Source: a virus
Lineage: Duplodnaviria > Caudoviricetes
Strand: one strand, 5' to 3'
Virus record (IMG/VR): IMGVR_UViG_3300006752_000019
Location: 22,972 to 86,971 of that record
DNA: 64,000 bases
Both the position numbers and the translations under genes were made by a program. The notes beneath the pieces were generated by a model that searched no databases, had not been told where the DNA came from, and was given only the letters and a program-made list of their open reading frames with translations. Each line of letters starts with the position of its first letter. The stretch's first letter is position 1. This document shows positions 54,188 through 63,556 of the stretch, piece by piece.

Positions 54188-54193
54188 TTACAC
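54188..54193 (-). promoter_or_regulatory. GTGTAA putative late-promoter motif (representative copy, directly after the capsid terminator)
   Basis: The same hexamer lies 8-27 nt upstream of 11 start codons: 4642, 6948, 27100, 30172, 46774, 49897, 51159, 53644, 54188, 57585, 59645. Confidence 0.7.
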
Positions 54194-54204
54194 TAAAAAA
54201 AATC

Positions 54205-54241
54205 AAAAAAAAAGAGCCGCCCCTTTCGGAGCGACTCTCTT
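54205..54241 (-). terminator. Rho-independent terminator after the major capsid gene
   Basis: GAGTCGCTCC-GAAA-GGGGCGGCTC followed by a long T-run. Confidence 0.9.
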
Positions 54242-54260
54242 GTGTGGGGATTGATCGCGA

Positions 54261-55400
54261 TTAGACAGCGATACCGACAAGGGCGCGGTCGTCAATGCAG
54301 ACGCGGCCTTCTTCGACTTTACCGTAGTAACCGATCTTGTTCTGGCGAACGCTGAACTGATCGTCAACAACTACCGAAATATCGGAGTCGGTTCCTTCTT
54401 CGGAAACAGCGGGACGAAGGAGAACATCGCGGCTGCGGTCGATACCGATAACGATTTCATCGTCAGCTTGAGCGAATGTTCCAGTGTCACCACCGCCAAC
54501 AACGGTAGCACCTTCTGCGGTAACAACAGCATCAAAGATTTTGTTGAAACGCTGGCCGATACCCATTTCGAGAACTTCGATAAGGTTCATGCCGTAGAAG
54601 TTTGGAAGACCACCTGCACCGTAGAGAGTCTCACGAAGAGCTTCAGGAGCAGCGAGGGAATCCTTTACAGCGGAAGCGTATGGAGCTTCAGCGGTGTTGA
54701 TTGGGTTGTAGGACATTGCGCGAACTTCCTGAATGATTTCAGGGGAAACGAGCAAGTCGGTAACACCAACCTTAGAACCACCAGTAGGAGTTCCACCTAC
54801 GAACGAGCTGTTGATACGCTTGGCCTTGGTCATAAGACGGTTAAGGTCATGAAGCACAAAACGGTCTGCTGTGGAGCTACCGATAATGTGGTCACCAGCG
54901 GAACCGCTAGTAGTGTCACCTTTAACAAGAGCAGTTGCAAGCACGTTAAACGCGGTGCGCTCTTGCTTAAGCATAACTTCTTGAGCCATGCGGGTAAAGG
55001 TTTTGGACACAACATCCACGCGAGCCTTGCGAGCATACTTTCTGTCAAACGCAAGTGCGCTGTCAAGAGTGTAAGTGCTGAACTTAAGTTCGTTGTGGGA
55101 TGGGAATACTTGGCTGTAAGGAAGACCACCAGCTACTTGTTGAGAGTAGACTTGGATGTAGTCTTCGTCAGTAATTTCGTGATAAAGATCAAGAGGGATA
55201 GAAGGATTGTCATCTTCACCAAAAGCGATGGTGGAGAAGAGGTTCCCAACTGTCACTGCGTTGTTGATCACTTCGCTAACCACTGGGGTAAGGAGTTGAG
55301 CAATAGCAGCTTGTGCCTCGTAAGCTTCCTCACGATTGTTGGAACCCATTGCGCGAACAAGGGCCAACTGATCTTCTGTTCTTTGAATGTTAATTTTCAT
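54261..55400 (-). CDS. Major capsid protein (HK97 fold)
   Basis: Follows the protease and cement genes; strong codon bias; RMAQEVMLKQERTAF, DLLVSPE, YYGKVEEGRVCID; strong terminator. Confidence 0.85.
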   Translation of the reverse strand: MKINIQRTEDQLALVRAMGSNNREEAYEAQAAIAQLLTPVVSEVINNAVTVGNLFSTIAFGEDDNPSIPLDLYHEITDEDYIQVYSQQVAGGLPYSQVFPSHNELKFSTYTLDSALAFDRKYARKARVDVVSKTFTRMAQEVMLKQERTAFNVLATALVKGDTTSGSAGDHIIGSSTADRFVLHDLNRLMTKAKRINSSFVGGTPTGGSKVGVTDLLVSPEIIQEVRAMSYNPINTAEAPYASAVKDSLAAPEALRETLYGAGGLPNFYGMNLIEVLEMGIGQRFNKIFDAVVTAEGATVVGGGDTGTFAQADDEIVIGIDRSRDVLLRPAVSEEGTDSDISVVVDDQFSVRQNKIGYYGKVEEGRVCIDDRALVGIAV

Positions 55401-55418
55401 ATGAGTGATCTGGAGGGA

Positions 55419-56042
55419 TTAGAGTTCAAGTTTGATGACTGCGTAAGCGCCTTCGAATGCGTCTGTGCTAGATTGACCAGCACGTTCGCCAGTTGCGATG
55501 AATTTACCAACTGCAACGTCTTTTTGTGCTTGATCTGCGTCTGCCCATGCAACACCAGTAAGTGTTCCATTAGCAGCAGGAACAGCAAGGGAGTTAACAG
55601 CAGGAGCGACACCGTTAGTAAGACCCTTTGCGTTAATAGTAAAGATGCCTTTAGTAGCGATAGGCACAGCCTGACCAGAAACAACGCATTGCAATTCTTC
55701 ACGCTTAACAGAATCAAAGAGAAGGTTTTGGCCGTTCTCGTCATTAGCGCGAATGTCACGAAGCATAATGCCAAGTGGACGATTTGCATCACCAGTTCCA
55801 GTTACTTTGGTAACCTTGTAATTGACCTCTGGATAAGGGGAATAACCGTTACCAAGAACATTCTGGTAAGAATCGGCATCACCTCTTGTGGTCATGGAAA
55901 CAGGCTCTTCTGTAAGATTAGCTGCGCTAACCATAACAACAGAACCAGCTTCACCCGTTGCAGCGTCCAATGCGTAAAAGTTAATTACGTCATTTTCGTC
56001 ATATCCACGGTATGGGAGTAGTCTTGTAATTTCGTTTGCCAT
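55419..56042 (-). CDS. Capsid cement / decoration protein
   Basis: Between scaffold and capsid genes; RPLGIMLRD...VVSGQAVPIATKGIF. Confidence 0.7.
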   Translation of the reverse strand: MANEITRLLPYRGYDENDVINFYALDAATGEAGSVVMVSAANLTEEPVSMTTRGDADSYQNVLGNGYSPYPEVNYKVTKVTGTGDANRPLGIMLRDIRANDENGQNLLFDSVKREELQCVVSGQAVPIATKGIFTINAKGLTNGVAPAVNSLAVPAANGTLTGVAWADADQAQKDVAVGKFIATGERAGQSSTDAFEGAYAVIKLEL

Positions 56043-56061
56043 AATAGTTTGTGTTTATTTA

Positions 56062-57576
56062 TTAGGAGATTTCGTATTTGAAAGATTCTTTTGCTTTTTC
56101 AAGTAGAGATTTTTCTTTGGTTTGTTCGCCGTTGCCGTTAGGAATGTTAGCTTCTGCTTCTTCCGTTTCGATTTCAGCTTCTTCTTCAACTTCTTCTACG
56201 GATGCTTCAGACTCTTCGGTTTCGGAAGCTTCAGCTTCTTCTTCCTTTTTGTCTTCCACTTCCTTAGAAGCTTGAGCTTCTTCTTCGGCTTTCTTGAGAG
56301 CTTCCTTATCCTTGTGAGCGAAGATAATTTCTACCTTTGCTTTGTAGGATTCGAAGGCTTCGTCTTCTTGACCGATAGTTTTGAGTTCAGCAGCGATGAT
56401 TTCGTTTTCTTGTTCGGTAAGGTTATACTTGCCGTCAAAGAAGTTCATGCGAGCATTGAATGCTTCAGCCTCAGCTTTTGCTTCATTGTCTGCTGTAATC
56501 TGATCAAGCTCACTTTGCATTTTTTCATTAGCTTCTTTGAGAGATTTGATGCTCTCTTCAGCTTCTGCGCGAGCTTGAGCTTCAACTTCAACCTTGGACT
56601 TCCAAGTTTCGTTGTGTTGCTCAATAGTATCTTGCATAAGCTTGCCAATGGACTTAGCTTCACCGTCTTTTTTGACGACAGAAGCGACAGCCTCAGTGAT
56701 CTGATCTACAATTTCTTGAGTAGTTTTATCTTCCATGTTGAAAATATTTGATTTGTTTGATGTTACATCTATTTTGGATTTTTGGGAATTTTTTTGTTCC
56801 TTGGCTACAGACTTGGATGTTTCTTCTTCTTTGCCAGATGGCATAATAACATGAACGCCTTCTACGTTAGCGGCAGGGTTCATAGTTAAACCCGCACCAA
56901 GTGGAATCACATCACCGTGGAAAACGCGGCCAACAATATTGCCTTCTTTATCCTCGCCTTTGCCTCCGAAACGCTTGAGGTATCCTCGATACTCCTCGTA
57001 TTTTTCTGCCTCAATGTATTCGCAATCACACAAGTTCTTGCCAGCGCCTTTAGTAATCTTGAATTCTTTTGAGGCCAATTCCCAACTGGTAGAGATGCTC
57101 TTATATTCATCGTTATCGCTGTCAGCGGCTTCAACAATAGCCTCTGCAAGTTCAGGAAAGATTTTTCTATAAATAAAACCAATCGCATTGATATAAAACG
57201 GCGTGGTCTTTTTTGCGAATGAATTTAGATCTTTATCTGAGAAATCAAATTCATCTTCAGAAAGTGTCGCATTGATCATGTGACCAATAATTTTGTGTCT
57301 CTTGTGTTCGACATTGATTGGCTTGTTAGCAAAACTCTTTACGCACTTAATTGCCGCTTCTGAGTTCATTGCGTCACCATTGGCATTGATTTGGTTGACA
57401 ACAGCCAAGTTAAAAACAACAGGCAAAACATCAATATTGAGTTTAGCATTGAAACCCTTTGGAAGCATATCTTGAACAGACGCTTCTGAAATTTCCATAT
57501 CATCAAAGCTTTGAATATTCAAAACTTTAATTTTTGGACAAAGAGTAAAATAGTTCTCTTTTTTATCTTTGGTCAT
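56062..57576 (-). CDS. Prohead protease fused to a scaffold
   Basis: NANGDA...KPINVEHKRHKIIGH...STSWE...GAGLTMNPAA, followed by an acidic coiled coil. Confidence 0.8.
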   Translation of the reverse strand: MTKDKKENYFTLCPKIKVLNIQSFDDMEISEASVQDMLPKGFNAKLNIDVLPVVFNLAVVNQINANGDAMNSEAAIKCVKSFANKPINVEHKRHKIIGHMINATLSEDEFDFSDKDLNSFAKKTTPFYINAIGFIYRKIFPELAEAIVEAADSDNDEYKSISTSWELASKEFKITKGAGKNLCDCEYIEAEKYEEYRGYLKRFGGKGEDKEGNIVGRVFHGDVIPLGAGLTMNPAANVEGVHVIMPSGKEEETSKSVAKEQKNSQKSKIDVTSNKSNIFNMEDKTTQEIVDQITEAVASVVKKDGEAKSIGKLMQDTIEQHNETWKSKVEVEAQARAEAEESIKSLKEANEKMQSELDQITADNEAKAEAEAFNARMNFFDGKYNLTEQENEIIAAELKTIGQEDEAFESYKAKVEIIFAHKDKEALKKAEEEAQASKEVEDKKEEEAEASETEESEASVEEVEEEAEIETEEAEANIPNGNGEQTKEKSLLEKAKESFKYEIS

Positions 57577-57584
57577 ATCTTCCC

Positions 57585-59636
57585 TTACACCGAAATCTTA
57601 GTAGAGTGATATAAAATTGCAGCAGACATATCATCCAAACTATGCTCTGCGCCCAACTGAAGAACTTCAGGATTTAACTCAAGCGTCTCGATATGCTCAA
57701 GGTCTTCTACAACTTTGCCAAGTTCAGCATCCCATTCGTTGCTCTCTTTCGATGCAATGATAGATTCGCAGATACGACCAACAAGCTCTTTTCTGTTTTC
57801 ATCAAGCTCTTCGATACCAAACTTAAGAGCAAAATCTCTATAAGCTTTTGTTTCGAGTTCCATGACCTGAGTGGCAGCTTTTGTGATATTAGCTTTAACG
57901 TAAGAAGCATTCGACTCACCCATAGGTCTGCCGCCAGACGGGGAAGGATTGGTTGGGTTGCCAGCCTTGCCTTCTTTTGCTGTTTTTTCGGAAGGTGCTT
58001 GACCACCGCCAGCAGCAGGTGAAGACCCCTTGGTGCTTTTTGGCTTACCTTCGCCTTCTTCTCCTTCATAAATGCTAATACTGTTCACTATTGGTGCGTA
58101 GTAGCCTTTTTCGCGAGCTTCTTTAAATTTGTCTTGTTCTTTCTCCATTTCTTCCGCACTTGGGAAATCACCATGATGGATAACATCCATACCCTGTTCA
58201 GGAGTAAGAATGCCAAGCTCCATTAGACGAGTCGTAAGCTTGGTGAGATCAGAGTTGTCCAGAGTGTCTGTCTTGACAAAGTTAACCTTTGGACAATTCT
58301 TAAGACCAAGACCTTTGCACACTCGCTTAATTTCGGGCTGAAGAAATTCATCAACAAACTTTTTGCGAGACTCTTCAAGACGAGTCATAAAGATCTTCAT
58401 CTTGAGCGATCCATCAGAATACTTAGTATTACCAATAAGAACGTTTTGAAGACCTTCTTCAATATCCTTGTTCAGAACCTCATACTTCTCAGCGCCCATG
58501 ACCTTTTTCAAGTCAGGGATAACAAATTCTGCTTTAGTGGTATAATCAGAAACAAGCACACGACCAACACTTTCATTCTGGAAAATGTTTTGCATTGCGT
58601 CAATTGCTTTGTGGTTAATGCCACCCTTATCTGGTTCTGCGCCCATAGTTACAAGAAGAACCACGTTTTCAATGGAACGAGCAATAGCTTGGTCAATCTT
58701 TTTGAGTTCAAGCTTTTTATTCATGTCATCAAGGACAGAGAAAGCATATGGAACCGACAATGGTTCGTAATCTTGCTTCTTAGCAAAAATCGTATGAAGA
58801 ACAGTAGAGTCTAGTTGGATTTCAGCACGACCAGATGTAAGGCTGTTTTTATTGTCGATGATCTGCTTGGTTCTATCGGGAAGAGAATCATACATCTCTT
58901 GTTCATGTTTGTTTTGCGGATTACGCAAGCGAGAAACCTCAAAAGGAGTCAGCACCTTGGCGTAACGGTTTTCAGAGAAAGATAGAGATCCTTTGGCGAC
59001 AATATCCACAGGATTCAAAACAAGATAACGAATAGGAATTTTAAAGTCTTTAGATTCTGCGCCATATGATTCGTAAAGCTTTCCAGCATTGCTTGCTTTT
59101 AGCTTACCATCTACACGGTGAACAAAGAAGTTACTGGAGCGATAATACTCACGAAAGTATTGGCTTTTTAGATCGTTAAGATTGATGCGCTGAAACCAAG
59201 CTTGGACAAGCTTGCGAGACTTTTCACTACCACCTTCAAGATAAACATCAGCATCAGCAAAATCAGATAACAGATCAACCGTGCTGCGAAACGCTGCAAT
59301 ATTAAAGTAAGCCTTTTGGCAAAGCTCGATAGCATCCTTTGCGTCTACAGAGTCAGCAGAATATTCAAAAGGTAAAAGACCATCATTGATGTTCTTAAAG
59401 CGTTTGTTGATTGCTTTAGTTGCTGTAGAGTTTGTGCGACCTGTGGAGCGTTCAGCAGAACTTGGGCGCAGGGAACGAGAAGCTGTAGACTCATAGAAAG
59501 AGTCACCTATCATTTTTGGCTCAAAAGCTTCTGGCTCTTTATGAGCTAAAGACTCAAGACTTTGAGACTTGTTTTTTCTCTTCTCCCAATAATCGGAAGT
59601 CTTTTTATATTTTCTCTTTTTAGGGGCGTTTGCCAT
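57585..59636 (-). CDS. Portal protein
   Basis: Between terminase and protease; AYFNIAAFRSTVDL, YEPLSVPY, RVLVSDYT. Confidence 0.8.
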   Translation of the reverse strand: MANAPKKRKYKKTSDYWEKRKNKSQSLESLAHKEPEAFEPKMIGDSFYESTASRSLRPSSAERSTGRTNSTATKAINKRFKNINDGLLPFEYSADSVDAKDAIELCQKAYFNIAAFRSTVDLLSDFADADVYLEGGSEKSRKLVQAWFQRINLNDLKSQYFREYYRSSNFFVHRVDGKLKASNAGKLYESYGAESKDFKIPIRYLVLNPVDIVAKGSLSFSENRYAKVLTPFEVSRLRNPQNKHEQEMYDSLPDRTKQIIDNKNSLTSGRAEIQLDSTVLHTIFAKKQDYEPLSVPYAFSVLDDMNKKLELKKIDQAIARSIENVVLLVTMGAEPDKGGINHKAIDAMQNIFQNESVGRVLVSDYTTKAEFVIPDLKKVMGAEKYEVLNKDIEEGLQNVLIGNTKYSDGSLKMKIFMTRLEESRKKFVDEFLQPEIKRVCKGLGLKNCPKVNFVKTDTLDNSDLTKLTTRLMELGILTPEQGMDVIHHGDFPSAEEMEKEQDKFKEAREKGYYAPIVNSISIYEGEEGEGKPKSTKGSSPAAGGGQAPSEKTAKEGKAGNPTNPSPSGGRPMGESNASYVKANITKAATQVMELETKAYRDFALKFGIEELDENRKELVGRICESIIASKESNEWDAELGKVVEDLEHIETLELNPEVLQLGAEHSLDDMSAAILYHSTKISV

Positions 59637-59674
59637 GTCAATTGTTACACTTTAACTTTTAGAAAGTCACTTTT

Positions 59675-61570
59675 TTACTTAATTAAACGAGGAATAAAAT
59701 CGTTTACTGGTTTAGGTTTTGGTTTAGATACCATCATATCAAAGTAAACCTTAATAAACCAGTTACCAAGGATCAATGCGGAGTAGGAGTCTTTACGCGC
59801 TCTATGTGGGCCTGTTTGACGTTTTAAGTTTTGAGGCAGATCAAATGTCTGAGAACCCTGTGGGTTGCTTTTGACCTCAATATTCGCGCACTCAGACTTT
59901 GTAAGCTCAATAATACTTTTCTGGTGGTCAACAAATTCAACCATTCGCGCATTTGCTTTGTCAGCAAGAATCACGTTATCCCAAGTGATCTTAGAGATTG
60001 GGATATTCTTCTTGCATTGAGAATCGAAGTGGTCATCAACAGAGCGTGAGCCAAACAGAATACGGCGGTGGTCGATATTTGCCTGAAGTAGTTCATTTGC
60101 TGAACGAATCCATGAGGAGGTAGGCTTACGTAGAATACAATATTTGCGCCCAGTTACATTATAAATATTTTTTAATTCTTGCATATTAGCTTCGTATTCT
60201 TCTGCTTTATCAATATCAACACTCAAAACACCAATATGAATATTAGACTTCTTGAACAATTCGCTCTCGTTACAAGAATCAATAAATTGAACACCACCAT
60301 TGTAGTCGCCGCAGATACCTACAACATTAAAGTTGGTTAACAGGTAGTGAAAATATTTCATATGATCCTTTAGAGTAACACCTGCGATAGCATAACTATG
60401 CACAAGGCATCCTTTTTGTTCTTCTTCCAACAGTTTAAAAACATGCATGGCAAAGTGGTCAGCGCTTGTGTTTCCTGCCCAGTTGGGGTCAAAGGCGATA
60501 ATGTATTTGGCGCTAGGATCTCCTGCAACCTCTGCCGCAGGTTGTTCTCCATCTGGAATCGTGCAAGCAGACATTTTAGACAGACGGAAGTAACCATCTG
60601 ATTCATCCACAAACTGCCCACCAAACTCTCGCTTGAACTGCATCTCACTCATGGTAGACTTTGCTTGTTTTAGAAGGTTTTTATCGTAAAGTGTGTTAGG
60701 CGCACAGTCGTAACTTAATTGCATAATGATTCGATATGCATCATCAGCAGCATCTTCATCGTTTTCTTCATCATTATGCTCGTAAACGCCAGAAATCAAA
60801 TCACGGTATTTGCAATAAAGCTTATACATATATTCGAACTTATACGAAGGCGAGGAAAGAATGATTAGCTTATTGTTTGGCCAAACATATCTCTCAGATT
60901 CTTTCATTAAATCTTTCTCGATCATGCTTGTTTCTAGGTCATAGATTTCTTCACGCTCAGTTGGGTTTTCAACAACACCAAGGAACGGAAGAATAACCTC
61001 GTTGAAGATACTCTCAGGAATAGTCAAGAATTCGTCAAGAACCATACGGTTAAAACGGAAACCACGAAGGCGCTCACCGTTCGCTAGAGGCAGGGCAATA
61101 GCTTTTCCTTTACCAATAACCATTGTCCATGCGTCCGTGCCTTTAGTGAGCTTATAACCCGCTTCATGAGCCATCTGCGCTTCAGGTTTGCTCATGATAT
61201 CCTCAATCTTTGCAAAAATCTGTTTAGACTGACGAAATGTTCCCGCAATCACACCGATATTAGCTGTAGGATTAAGAAGACATTCAAGGATAACATAAAT
61301 AGCCGTAGAGAACGTCTTAGATAAACCACGCGAAAACACGAACATAGAGTAATCACCAATCATCATAGACTTGATAGCCATTTCTTGGAAAGGAAATAAC
61401 CTAACACCTAGAAATAACTCACAAGTAAAACCAACGTTATTACGCAGAAACTTATAGAGATGATACTTTGCATCTTCTTCGTTTAAATCGCCCTCAAAGT
61501 TAATGATTATATCATTAACTCTTTTTGCAGAGAACTCATAACGGTATCTTTGTTTTCCTTTATCAAGCAT
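59675..61570 (-). CDS. Terminase large subunit
   Basis: LFPFQ, SRGLSKT Walker A, LRGFRF..MVLDEF Walker B, REFGGQF, IIAFDP, KDSYSAL. Confidence 0.9.
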   Translation of the reverse strand: MLDKGKQRYRYEFSAKRVNDIIINFEGDLNEEDAKYHLYKFLRNNVGFTCELFLGVRLFPFQEMAIKSMMIGDYSMFVFSRGLSKTFSTAIYVILECLLNPTANIGVIAGTFRQSKQIFAKIEDIMSKPEAQMAHEAGYKLTKGTDAWTMVIGKGKAIALPLANGERLRGFRFNRMVLDEFLTIPESIFNEVILPFLGVVENPTEREEIYDLETSMIEKDLMKESERYVWPNNKLIILSSPSYKFEYMYKLYCKYRDLISGVYEHNDEENDEDAADDAYRIIMQLSYDCAPNTLYDKNLLKQAKSTMSEMQFKREFGGQFVDESDGYFRLSKMSACTIPDGEQPAAEVAGDPSAKYIIAFDPNWAGNTSADHFAMHVFKLLEEEQKGCLVHSYAIAGVTLKDHMKYFHYLLTNFNVVGICGDYNGGVQFIDSCNESELFKKSNIHIGVLSVDIDKAEEYEANMQELKNIYNVTGRKYCILRKPTSSWIRSANELLQANIDHRRILFGSRSVDDHFDSQCKKNIPISKITWDNVILADKANARMVEFVDHQKSIIELTKSECANIEVKSNPQGSQTFDLPQNLKRQTGPHRARKDSYSALILGNWFIKVYFDMMVSKPKPKPVNDFIPRLIK

Positions 61571-62498
61571 GAGACTTTTCGTAGATTCTTTTCTCTAGAT
61601 GATATTGAACATCAACATCCCACAGTGTTTTTCCGTGATAGAGAATTTTTGGAATGATTTTTTTTGCTCCAGCCCTGTTGTGGGCGAAGATAAATTGAAG
61701 GTTATTGGGGTATTTGGCAATCATGTCACGAACATTGTGCCACACAAAAGCTAGGTTGCTTCTAAAAGGATTACTGCGATTATTGATCTCTACTTGTGCA
61801 AGTGTAGACTCAACCACAACAAACATATAAGAATCAAACTTAACGCAGCGATCCATTTCTCTTCTGAAGCGCTCGTGGTCGCGTCCGAATGTGGATCTGA
61901 AATCATCTTCAGATTTACGGTCAACAAAAGTTGGAGAGAAGTGTTTTCCCGCCGCAGCATAGTCGCCAAAGTCTAGTTTATGAGAAACACCATTAGAGAA
62001 GTTCAATGGTCTTTGTTCGCGAGTGTCAATTAGGATCTTGATATCCTCTGGATTATCTTGCCAGAAGTCATGAGGAAGAGTGTCATTGAATGGGTTTTGC
62101 AAACCCACCTCTTTACAGAACTCATTGTAGTCACCCCATACATTTTCAATAGTAACGCGATTAGCAAGCTCATACAAATCATAGAAAGAGCTAGGAGGCA
62201 TATATTTGAGTTCTTTGTGGTCAATCTTCTCTTTGAATTTTTTAAGAATGTATTCTTTGACTTGGTTTTTGGGCGCAGTCTTGACCCACTTCATGTAGTT
62301 GTCGAAAGACGTAAAGTTATCCGCGAAATACTGATCGTAGTTTTTGAAAGGAATTGGTTCTCCTGTGAATAGGTCTTGCTTTGCATAGTGCTTAGTGTAA
62401 TAATCACCAATCCTATCAAAGTGTTTTTTCATATGCAAATGAAGTCCTCGCTTGCTGCTGAACTTCTCCCCACACTCTTTGCATGTCCATTCGCTCAT
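61563..62498 (-). CDS. C2H2 zinc finger fused to an ERCC4/XPF-family nuclease
   Basis: CKECGEKFSSKRGLHLHMKKH; DTREQ...GDY...VDRKSEDD. Confidence 0.8.
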   Translation of the reverse strand: MSEWTCKECGEKFSSKRGLHLHMKKHFDRIGDYYTKHYAKQDLFTGEPIPFKNYDQYFADNFTSFDNYMKWVKTAPKNQVKEYILKKFKEKIDHKELKYMPPSSFYDLYELANRVTIENVWGDYNEFCKEVGLQNPFNDTLPHDFWQDNPEDIKILIDTREQRPLNFSNGVSHKLDFGDYAAAGKHFSPTFVDRKSEDDFRSTFGRDHERFRREMDRCVKFDSYMFVVVESTLAQVEINNRSNPFRSNLAFVWHNVRDMIAKYPNNLQFIFAHNRAGAKKIIPKILYHGKTLWDVDVQYHLEKRIYEKSHA

Positions 62499-63556
62499 AA
62501 TAGTTCTTCTTTTGATATACCAAGGACACGAGATTTAAACTCGTCCATTCTTTCAAGTTCATCTGCAACATCGCTAACTGTTTGTAGGCGCATTTCTGCC
62601 ATTTTCACCATGCGATCTCTTTCTTCCTTATCTTGAAAGGCTTCAACAAGTGATTCGATGGTTCCATTGCGTTGACCGCGAGCTTTAAGACGTTCCTGAC
62701 GACTACCGTTCAAACCTTTGGAAAGAGCATCAATACGCTTCTCGCATTTATCGAGTTCTTCACTGGTGGTTTTGATAAGTTCAGTAAAACGCATACTAGC
62801 TTCTTGGTTACTGCCAGAATCTTCCAAGACCTTATTGAGCCGATCAAGACGAGACTGAATATGCTTTACACGCACGAAGTTGGCACATAGGTTAATGTAT
62901 TGGTTGATTTCTTCAACACTAAGATCAATCTTATCCCATGCAGCACGAACAAACTCACTTTCAAACAGTTCACGATCTGCAACTTTGCAGTATTCGTTAA
63001 TTGTGTGTTTGAAACGAGGACTATGCAGATACTTGATTAGTTTCTGCATCATTTTTTCGTGCTTGTTGCTTAGATTCGCGGAGTCTAGTTCTTCTCCTGC
63101 CCAATCGTTTACTTTTTTGACAACTTTGGATATTGCATTTGGTGGAGTCCATTTATCTTTTGTGACTAGCTCGTTGTCATCGAGAATAGCAGGGCGGTAT
63201 TCTTTAAGAAAGTCAATAGTTGCGCGGTGCTGAACGCTCAGGCTTTTAATATCTTCATCACCAAATACAATACGTGCAATCTCAAGAGGATTAAGATCTT
63301 CGTCTATACGATCACTCAATATAAACTGTTTCTGTTCTTCTGTGAATTCTACAGCTTTTACTGGTTCGGGTTTTGTGGTGTGGTATTGCTTGTCTTGACT
63401 AGCAAGAAAAGATCGAATTGCGCGACCTATTTTGGAGCGCCCATCAGCTTCAGGATCACCAGAGACAACCTGAGTAATACGTTTAAGATCAGGGTCTTTC
63501 TTAAACTCTGTGATCACTTGTTGTTTTTGCTCGTCTGTAAGTTCTATTTCCTTCAT
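62495..63556 (-). CDS. Helical protein, possible terminase small subunit
   Basis: HTH-like repeats and a coiled coil, located upstream of the terminase; assignment from synteny only. Confidence 0.4.
   Translation of the reverse strand: MKEIELTDEQKQQVITEFKKDPDLKRITQVVSGDPEADGRSKIGRAIRSFLASQDKQYHTTKPEPVKAVEFTEEQKQFILSDRIDEDLNPLEIARIVFGDEDIKSLSVQHRATIDFLKEYRPAILDDNELVTKDKWTPPNAISKVVKKVNDWAGEELDSANLSNKHEKMMQKLIKYLHSPRFKHTINEYCKVADRELFESEFVRAAWDKIDLSVEEINQYINLCANFVRVKHIQSRLDRLNKVLEDSGSNQEASMRFTELIKTTSEELDKCEKRIDALSKGLNGSRQERLKARGQRNGTIESLVEAFQDKEERDRMVKMAEMRLQTVSDVADELERMDEFKSRVLGISKEELL

Noticed and set aside
54468-56021. 517-aa plus-strand ORF antisense to the capsid and cement genes
   Set aside because: It is in exact codon register with the sense genes, which avoid TTA, CTA and TCA codons, so the antisense frame lacks stops. 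It has no recognisable motifs and is a shadow ORF.
43268-56751. Other long antisense ORFs (43268-43945, 50585-51292, 56122-56751) and the many 60-130 aa alternative-frame ORFs
   Set aside because: They overlap well-supported genes, mirror their codon bias or low complexity, and have no promoter or domain evidence.
10433-61570. Inteins or introns in dnaE, dnaB, recA, nrdA or terminase
   Set aside because: The proteins are of normal or compact length, and no C/S...HN splice motifs or homing-endonuclease inserts were seen.
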